DNA of 64,000 bases from Camelus ferus (Eukaryota): assembly GCF_009834535.1 (NCBI RefSeq), contig NC_045697.1, positions 25,484,001 through 25,548,000 on the forward strand, written 5' to 3'. This document shows positions 54,233 through 64,000 of the stretch, in pieces. The position numbers and the translations under genes were made by a program. A model generated the notes under the pieces. That model did not search any database. It worked only from the letters and a program-made list of their open reading frames with translations, and was not told the origin of the DNA. Numbering within the stretch: the stretch's first letter is position 1; each line of letters opens with the position of its first letter.

Positions 54233-56034
54233 ATATTTTATCACTAAACAACTTTCCTTAAAAAATTGAACTTATTATCTTAAGAGTTTACCAGAAAAGG
54301 AATCTAGATCAGTCCTTTATTCTTCCATTTATGTTCCTCATTGGAAGTAATCTGGAGGCATGCTGGCATCATCTCAATACCAAAAAGTATGATGATACTG
54401 TCAATTAAGCTGAATGAAGGAATCTGTGTTTAATTGATTTGAACCAAATACTTTAACAAAATGCTTATTTTGGCAGGTTCAGATACCTCATTAACCAATA
54501 AAATCTGTGCACATATGCCTTTCTGAATTTATTCCCAAGTACATATGTTTATATAGTATGTTTATATTAGTTAGGACATGGGGTTACAAATAGGATATAT
54601 ATATATAAAATGAAAAATCATTTCCAACTGTGACTTTAGCCTATATTTTCATCTTGTTCTGAAATGATTAAAATTAAGGACATTGCTGATAATAGAATTT
54701 CACATATTGTTCATTGCATGTATTCAGGTAAAAGATTTACCAATGTCCAGAGACACTTGTTCACTTACCGGTGTTTTATAACTAGATAGTGGCAGATTGG
54801 TCTAGAACTAAAGTCTCATGCTTTGAATCCCAGTTCTTTTTTCATATTGTCTGGGTTAGAAAGAGCTAATAATAAATACACTGCTTACCATATCATCCTT
54901 TCAGAATTAAATAACACTGCTTCTTAGTAGCAAGTATACAGTGACCTAAGTAAAATATTACTGAATGCTTCATGTTATGTACATGTTAATTCACATAAAG
55001 TGGTTTATTTTAATTCAAGTAATGTGAAAACTCTATCTTAGAATTCTTTAAAAATTAACAGAACGTGTAATATGGTAAGGAAACATTTAATAAAAGAAAT
55101 CTGTTAAAGAGGAATTATAATATGCCAGGACTATCTTCTAACATTAAAGTCACCCCATTTTTCATTTTTTTAAACTTTGTTTGCTAAATATAGGTTATCT
55201 GATCTGATTTTTACATTCCCTTGTAGTTCTTAAGAAAATAATTTTCCTTTTCTTTAGTTGATGCAGAAATGGCAGGAGAAAGTTAAGACTGATAACACAG
55301 TACACCAGAGGCTGAAGAAATTACCTGAAATGTCTCTGCACAACCATGGGACAAATCCTACTAACCTTCCTTACCTCCTTTGAAATGTTTTTTTGCTTGA
55401 TATAAATGATACAGTAGTCACTATCTAAGGACAGACTATGACCAGAGGTCAGCCACGATAATGTAGCAGATATATAATTTGCTTCTTCTTAAAAAATTGC
55501 CATATTCTGGCATGCTTTAATCTGTCAGATTTCAGGGTCAAATAACCTTCTTAAAGTGGATAGGAACAATTTATTCAGAGGAAGCCAGTATACTGCACTT
55601 TAAGGTAGAATGAACATTCATATCTTACAAAGTTTTAAAGTTATATTCAGATAGAAAGCAAGGCCACTGTAGAGTACAGGAAAGACAATTCAGGTACTAA
55701 ACATTAGAGCAATTTTTCTTTCAGAGAATGTTATACTTTCTTTCAAAAATAAACATACTTAAATATGATTCAAATATATAAATCAACTTCAGAGAACAAA
55801 GATCATTTTCTATTCCCTACCAGGGAAACCCTTCCAGGCACTTAAAGGGATTTCAGAATCATATAGCATCATTGACCACTCTGACTGATTAATGTGAATT
55901 GGAGACTTTGAAGCTGAGGAAATTGAATAGGCTATATTGATTAAGTATATTTGAGAATATATTGCTCAGAATTTAGGGGAAGAATAGAGCCCATAGCTTT
56001 TATTTGGTGCTATTTTGTCCATTATTTGCTTATT

Positions 56035-56271
56035 TTATATATATATATATATATATAAAATACATACATATATATAATATACACACACACACACACACAC
56101 ATATAAAATGGATTAACTGGAAAGTGATGAAGTGTAAGCCCTTTTCTGTTCCTGTTTTAAATAAATACTTTTAAACAAACAATACATGTCTACACAGATA
56201 TGTATATATGTCTATATATATGTACACATATATACATGTATATGCAGATATATATTATATATTTATATATA

Positions 56272-56304
<33 letters not shown>

Positions 56305-56305
56305 G

Positions 56306-56346
<41 letters not shown>
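56035..56346. repeat. Two compound (TA)n/(CA)n/(TG)n microsatellites
   Basis: Directly visible at about 56035-56104 and 56186-56346. Confidence 0.92.
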
Positions 56347-56347
<1 letters not shown>

Positions 56348-58345
56348 ACCATAATATTCCAGGAGTTGTGCTAATACCACAGACATTTATATAGAGCTGT
56401 GTCCTTGCATTTATATAATTACTTATGAAAGGAACTTTAAGAAATGCTGGCTATAGGAAAAATACCATTTTCCCCTTCTAATCCAAACAGGGTATTGGAA
56501 CCTTCATAGTTGAAGCATTAACACTTATCTAGATGCAGGCTCATCAGAGAAGTCATTCTTAGGTCTGCCAAAAGTGCGTCAGCATAACATCTTATCCAAG
56601 AGGTATTTTTTTGATCACTCATAGTGTAACCTTAAGCACTTCAAAAGAAAGTTACAGAAATAAAGCCAATAAGTTTGATTCATTTAATGCAGAATGCATT
56701 TAATGAGGCACTGTGATTGTAAATGAATTCTATTATCTACTTTTTCAAGTGGGTGAAAAATAATACAACTTTCACCCAACATGCGCCAAACAAAAAGTGC
56801 AATAAAAATGGCATTGAAATAGATGAGCTTTCTGTGAACAGTATTAGTCACATCTTACACACTGACCTTTCTAGTGGCAGGGACATTCAGTAAGCTGTTA
56901 TCAGGAGTTGGCATTTTCAGAAGTAATAAACCTTTAATGTCAGTCACCTGCTTAGCAGGACTACCATCTCTTGACTGATGAGTTTCCAGTGATACAAAAA
57001 TCCACCCAAGTGCTTTACGGATGTTGCCACTATTCAGAAGACACAGTGGCTTATCTCAAAGAATTAGTACTGGTATCATTAGCAGCCCCTAGACATTTAG
57101 TTATCTATAAGAAGATAATGGAAAGAAGTGATGATTGACTAAGCTATACTCTTCAGGCGTATGTACCGATGGAACATGGCTATTATGCAGAGCCAAGGGC
57201 TCCATATTAATAAAACTCCATTCTCAGGGGGCTCCAAAAGTTTGGAGGCTAGCACGCTGAAATTAGACTCTCTCTCAGTTCAATGTCAGCTCCTAATCCT
57301 GTTTTTGATTGAAAGGCATATGGCTTTCAGCGTTTATCTTTATGCTGATTTATCTTACAATGCTCAAATTCTTGAATTTAATGAAATGGATTAATGGTGA
57401 ACAATTGGGCTCTTCATTCCTCCTCTGGCTTATCTAAGCAACTATCCATAGTTTTCATTAAAATGTTTCTAAGTTGGAAATTAGGTTATTATATCTCCTT
57501 GTGTTATCTAACACATTTCAATACCACTTGGCCTTCAATAGTAAAATGTGCTATTTGTTAATTCATGTCCTCCTTTTGTATCAGTGCTTGAGCACAGTAT
57601 GGAATTAATGAAACCTCAATGTGATATTTCCTTTCTCTTGCCATAATAAGTTGCTCTAGCACATATTCACTGCGTGAGAGACTGTAAAGGGATTTATTTT
57701 TTTTTTAATTCTTTACAATCACTCTTGGAAACCCAAAGATTAGGCATGTATACACATGTATTTGTAGACAGTTGTATCTCAGAAGTAAAATTTGAAAGAA
57801 AAGTACTATGGGTTCATTATATACAAAAAATGATTGCCACATCAGAACATAATTTTGAATATATTGTAAATTTATCACTATGTGTAACCCTCAAGCTTTG
57901 TTGATTTCTCCCAACACTACAACATAAATAAATAGCAATACACACATTTTTAGATGGGAGTCTAATAAGGATAGTTAAAATGTAAAAATTACAGATTTTT
58001 CATGGTGGGAACAATCTGCTGATCTTCATACACATTATAACTTTTCATGTTATTTTGACTATTCACGTTTCAAGTTACTTTGATCTATTGTCAATTCAAC
58101 AAAAAATCTTAGGGCTTGTAGAGAATTTAAGGATTATCCCAAAGGCAAACAAGTATATTTCCTACATGAGGACTTGGTGGTTAGTAGAGAGTACACAGCT
58201 TGGCCACAACAAAACAAAAGCAATATGTGTAGGCCAAAGACTAGAGCCCAGACCTCCAGACTTTCCAGTATTTCCTTTCCTCTGCAGTACACCCTTTCTG
58301 TGGAATTGTGTGAAAGAGATATCATCTGTTATTCTTTAGTCACTA

Positions 58346-58742
58346 TGCTAGAGGCTGAATGTTTGTGCTCCTCGAAGTTCATATGCTGAAGCTTAATGCC
58401 CAGTGTGATGGTGTTAGGAGATGGGGCCTTTAAGAGGTGATTAGGTCACGAGGCCCTGTTACATTGAATGAGGTCAAATACAGTCACATTGAATGAGGTC
58501 AAGAAAGACTCCAAAGAGACTCTTATAAGAGATTCCAGAGAGATCCCTCACCCTTTTTACCGTGTGAGGACACAAGGAAAAGACTGTGTATGAACCAGGA
58601 TGTGGGCTCTCACCAGACATATCTCCTGGCACCCTGATCTTGGACTTTCCAGTCTCCAGAAGTGTAAGAAATAAATTAATTTTGTTTATAAGCTGCCAAG
58701 TCTACGGCAATTTTGTTATAGCAGCCGAAATGGACTAGGACA
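58346..58742 (+). mobile_element. MLT1A-type MaLR solo LTR
   Basis: tgctagaggctgaatgtttgtg...ggggcctttaagaggtgattaggtca...tggactttccagtctccagaa...ttgttatagcagccgaaatggactaggaca; perfect 5-bp TSD cacta. Confidence 0.92.
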
Positions 58743-61700
58743 CACTATGACAAGACATTTTAATTTTCACATTTATCTTGTTCTGTCCCATAGATCTAAT
58801 ATTTTGCAATTTACTCTGTACAGATACAAACCTAACAAATGGCCTTCACTGTTCCTCTCCTGCTAAATGTGTTGACTGTGGGTTTGCATTCAGTAGGTTG
58901 AAGGTGTAATTTGTGTATCAGGTCATATTACCCTGTTACTAACTTAATTTTGAGTCACAAAAACTGAACAGGAGATATAAAAAAAAATACATTTTGTCAC
59001 TATTGAAAAAATGTGAATGTTTTTTAGATTTTAAAGTACTATATATTTTAAAAATATATCTTATTCAGAAGAAATTGAATTAAATAATTTAAAAAATAAA
59101 CATGCTTAAAAGGAAAAAAAAAAAAAGAATTATTGCACTCCAGCTGCAGTCTTTTATTACATATTTTGAAAAACCAGAAGCAGAGGCAGAACCAACTTTG
59201 AAGACACAGAGAGAGGAGGCTCAGATGTTCAGAAGAACATATAGCCCACATACTCCAATCTCCTCATTTTAATGCTAAAAATAAGGAAGCGATCCTGCTC
59301 CTGAATTACTTAAGGTCATGATGCTAGACCCTGGCCTACAAACCAATCCTCCAATAGTCAGCAAAGTCAGTAAGACTTCTTGAAGTGTTAAAAGTGTTAA
59401 AATAAATTAGACTTACTTTGACACTGGTATACTTATTTTGAATTTGGCTTTGATAAATTTATATTAAGTTTAAAAAGATGATTATTATTTAGTTAAGTAG
59501 TACTAAAGACATCAACAATAATTGGCTTTTAAAAAAAAGGAAGAAAAACTGTTATTTTTACTTCTGAAATATATGGCAAATAGGATCTCAGTAAATCTGG
59601 CATTTTAATAACTTTTTACTCTGATGTGAATTTCTCCACTTTTAGTAGCACTTTGCTACCTCATCTGTAAAGTGAACATAAAATAAAACAAAGAGCAATT
59701 TACAAGAGAGCACAAATTCCCATGAGACCCCAAATTCCACATATACATCTGAAACATCTAAAACAAGTACTAAGAAAATAGACGTAAATAAAAAAGAACT
59801 AAATTGAAGCCTTCTGGGAAACTTACACTAAAATTAAATATTAAGTATAATTTTAAATAAAGTTTGGCTTCATTGGATTCTAAAATACTATTTCAAGTTT
59901 ATTCCTCTTTTTCTAAATTGAATGTCCTTGATTCCAACATTACAACCAAGTCAATTAGTAAACTTAAAACCAAATAGTAGAGAGATAAATGTGAAAGATG
60001 TTAAGTAGGAAAAAAAAATTTGGTTGAATGGTTCATGGAAAAACAGTATTAGTTAAAAATATTTTATTCTATGATGAAATTTTGTACTTCTAATTCATCC
60101 TACCAGAAATCTGTTTCCTACAAAGATCTCAGAATTATATCCTTGGTATATAAATCCTCAAAAGCAATATGTAATGACTCAATTCAAAAAACAAAAACCA
60201 AAACAAAACTCAGCACTGTAAGATCTATTTCAGTCCAGCCATTATTATTGCCAAAAGAGGATGGGCCAGCTTTCCAACCTAAAACTAGTACAGTAGAAGG
60301 AAAGAAATATGAGTGTGTGTGTGTGATACAAACTTTGCACTGCAAAGATTGAAATTCAAGAAGCTGTAAACATAATTAAGAATTATATCTGCTGTGATTC
60401 AAATCATTTACAAACCAGTGGCTATTTAGAGGTCAATATTGGCAATGCACAGACTTTGAACACATGAGCAGGCATGGGAGAAGGAATGATACACCAACAC
60501 CATCCCAAGTACTTCCCAGTGACCTCTGTCTAGGAGGAGAAAAAAGAGACTGATAATCAACACTAAAAAAATTAGTTTTAATGGCTACATGTGTAGCAAT
60601 TTGATTAAATATAGACCTACATTAATTTTTATAAATGTACAAGCAAATATTGAATTGAGTTAATTCAGAGGCCCTTTAATTTATTTTAGTGTCACTCTCC
60701 ATGTTGTAACTATTTACAATAATCCAGATAGTTAAATTTGCACTTTTATTTATTTGTATGATTTATGTTTACCTTTCCTACCAAAAAGTAACCATCTTAA
60801 GGGAAGAAACTCTCCTATTCATTTTGTTTTAGTACTTAGTAAAATGTCTGACATATATAGTATGTATTGAGTAAGTAGATGTAAAATATTGATAGAATCC
60901 ATTATATAATATAAGATCATATAACATACTTACATCCGTTTTAAGGAAATCACTGCTTAACACTGGCTGTTTTTACCTAATACATCTGTACATAATAAAA
61001 AGAAGTGAGCAACACCCTTTTCCAGGTTGTTGCCTATACATTACCTATCCATGTAAAGCATTATATTCACTTATTTAATCACGCCATCCTCTGCTTTAAT
61101 AATATTGTATATTTATCATATTTTAATCTTCATACCAATTTTAACCACTACTAGCAAATCAATTCTAAATATCCCTTCTTTGGGAACAAATATCCTTTAA
61201 TGTGCTGCATTAAGTGTTGGTACATACACTTTCAAAATCTTGACATTTTAATAATGCTTTAAATACAACTTCAACATAGCAAACTTCCTAGCAAAAATAA
61301 GTAATACTATTCCCAAAAAGCAATTAAAATCAGTATTCAAAAACACATTGCCCCAAACACTTATTTCATAGAATTTTTAAAAATTATATTTTTGAAGGAA
61401 GCATTTAGAAAATTATTTCTGTCCAAATTTGAACATATATTTTAGTAATGCCCTAATTAGATACTGTTGCCTAATGCTGTATTTAAACTGCTCCTTCAGA
61501 TCTTTCTGCTACATTTCAAATTTTGATCACACACTGAGTTAAAAGCTCTATCATAGTCATCTTTACTTCTAGTTTCAATAGCTCTGTAAAATAATTTAGT
61601 TTTTATCAATATGGTTATTAAATCAGGGCCAGAATAAAGACTGATCTAGCCCTAGGAAACACTAGAATGTACTAGGTTCAAAGCTATGTACTTCGTAGGT

Positions 61701-63329
61701 GTCCTCATGGAATTTTTAATTGATAAAAAAATCCCAGCTTGGGGATTAGTTTCAACATTACTTAATATATGTATATATTGCATCATCATTAGCTGTTTGC
61801 CCATTGGGGGCATATACAATTAGATCCAAAATATTACTGTATTAAATATCAAGTAACAAATAATTAAAGATAGATTTTTGATACTCATTGCTTACAGTCT
61901 GCCTTTTTAAATTTAAAGATCATTTATCGCCCCCTGAAAAACTGAAGTCAAAAGCATGTTCTAACCGTGATACACTGCATGATTAAATCTTTACATTTAT
62001 CTATGTCTGGAAGTTAATAAAATGAAACTCTGGAGAAATAATAAGATTGGTTTCATCACACATAGAGACTTCCAGCCATTTCCACTGAAGCCAATAATTT
62101 GTCATACTGCAAAAAGAGGAGCACAATTAGCAGCAGAGGAGCCCTACAGTTTTTGTGCAGACTGTGCTCTCGTCAATGAAAAAAGGAAAATACAGCCTCT
62201 CCTAGACAGACACTCCATATTCATCCCAATAAGCCATGCCATTTGAAAATAACATTTCTGACCTTTCCCACTCTCAATTCTGCCTTTCCGTCTCTGGAGC
62301 CTACTTTACCCCGGGTATATACCGTATATAAATTATAAATACCCTAAGCACACAGACATTCACTAGTGCTTTTGTTGTTGTTGTTGTTAACATTTTTGTC
62401 AGAGCTTGGGTTTCTAAGAAAACTTTTTTGACATCTTAACTATTTAAGTGTCACTTCTTAAATTTCAACATTTTTAAGGGAAATATTTTTAAATTATTAG
62501 ACTTCCCTGACTTCTTAAACAGAGTGTGTGGAACTTAATTTCATCTTTCCTGATTACTCCACTGTTACGCTAGAAAATCGCTGCAGATTTAACAAGGCTC
62601 TTGTGAGATGTGTGGTTAGAAAAGTCATACTATGAATCTTGGATTCTTGAAAAATCCTCTAATGATGGCTTATTTATCTGTCTGTCTTGCTTCCAGTTCA
62701 CAAAGGTGAATTTGACTCCATGGGCATTAGAACATAGAACTTCTGCTAGACAGATTATTAAATCAAATGTTACATCAGTGTCTTACCCTCTAGAAAATAT
62801 TTTGTCCTATTTCTATCAATTTTAAAACTTGAGACTAGCATTTAAAACTTCATGTTTTTTTTTTTCATAGAGAGTTTAATTAAGTACAAACACCACTTCT
62901 ACTTACTTTAAAATTGTTCCAATTTGTTGTTGTTGTCACTATCAGAGCAAAAGCATCTGGACCTAAATTTAACTGAAAGCCCAAAGTTGAAAGCTTTGGA
63001 GTTAATGGTATTAAAGACCCAATCTGATATCAGTGTCCTGATTATTGCACCATTTCTGTTGTCTTGATTTCTATTTTCTTGATCAAAAGAGGTCGTGTTT
63101 TGATATGCTGAGGCCTTGAATCCAACTCATATACTGTGGCATAAAAGAAACAAAGGTAGCCACCTTACTTTTCATCACATAGTAACTGGTAAGCAAGCAT
63201 CAGTCTACCGCTGAACCAGATTTGAAAGCAGGTCCATCTTGTTTCTGCTGATGGTCTACAGCACTATTTCGCCTAAATTTTGTTACTGATATTATTTCCT
63301 TATTTTTCTTGTAATGTGCTTATGATGTT

Positions 63330-64000
63330 ATGATATTCAGTCTTTAGTTCCTCATACTGGTAACTTGTATTCTCTCTCAATTTCTCCTCCTCTCTTTAAA
63401 TATTTAGTCTATTTATATGTTTATCAGTTTTACAGATATTTTTCACAGAAGCAGCTTTCAATTTTGTTGACATTATCTACTATTTTTTTCATTGGTTTCC
63501 ATTACTATCTATATTATCATTTATTTGTGGCATTTGAGGCTACAGTTTCCTTTAAAAAACACTTTAGCTGCACCTCCAAGTTTCGATAGGCTATGTGTTT
63601 ATTTTCACTCAGTTTCAAAATAATTTCTAACTTTTCTGTGATTTCATAATCAAAAGTTAATGTTGAGGTGGTGATGATACTTGATTTATTTTTAAGCATT
63701 TGGGATTTTTCTAGGGATTTTGTAATTAAATACTATAATGGACAGGAACATCCTTCGTATGATGTTTTTAAAAGTTTAAATTTTGTTGATATATGTTCTA
63801 TGACTTATCTTGTGGTCTAATTTGTAGAATGCTCTATTAATATTTGAAAACAAAATGTTGACATTTTAAAATTGAGTGTTCTATAAGTATCAATTAAGTT
63901 ATTTTATTTGGTACGTTTCTTCAATTCTTTTATATTTATTATGTATTCAGCATGCCCAATCATCATTTCTCTGTGTAGGTCTCTATCTCCACCTGGTATA
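63330..64000 (-). mobile_element. Old L1 antisense fragment (runs off the window)
   Basis: tttatcagttttac...agcagcttt; cactttagctgcacctccaagttt; tgttctataagtatcaattaag. Confidence 0.7.

Noticed and set aside
37735..56394. Low-complexity ORFs (FLSF, CVCV/YIYI, THTH repeats)
   Set aside because: Translations of microsatellites.

Overview
AT-rich, CpG-depleted mammalian genomic DNA, most likely from a camelid. This is inferred from a Vic-1-like tRNA-derived SINE at about 4.6 kb and cetartiodactyl-type L1 ends. I find no intact protein-coding gene, RNA gene or CRISPR array; the supplied ORFs are chance, repeat-derived or microsatellite-derived. The window looks intergenic or deep-intronic and is built from layered repeats: MIR, L2, old and young L1, MaLR/ERVL LTRs, hAT/Tigger remnants, and five ERV solo LTRs with readable target-site duplications (TSDs). 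The main non-routine items are four. (1) A roughly 3 kb decayed, intronless coding-like segment (probable processed pseudogene, parent not identified) split by a solo LTR. (2) A 2.25 kb L1 with both ends but nearly all of ORF2 deleted. (3) A near-perfect 114-bp tandem duplication. (4) A few candidate ancient or regulatory non-coding elements. I see no evidence for a novel biological system. Repeat family names come from recalled consensus sequences, not a database search, and boundaries of old repeats are approximate.
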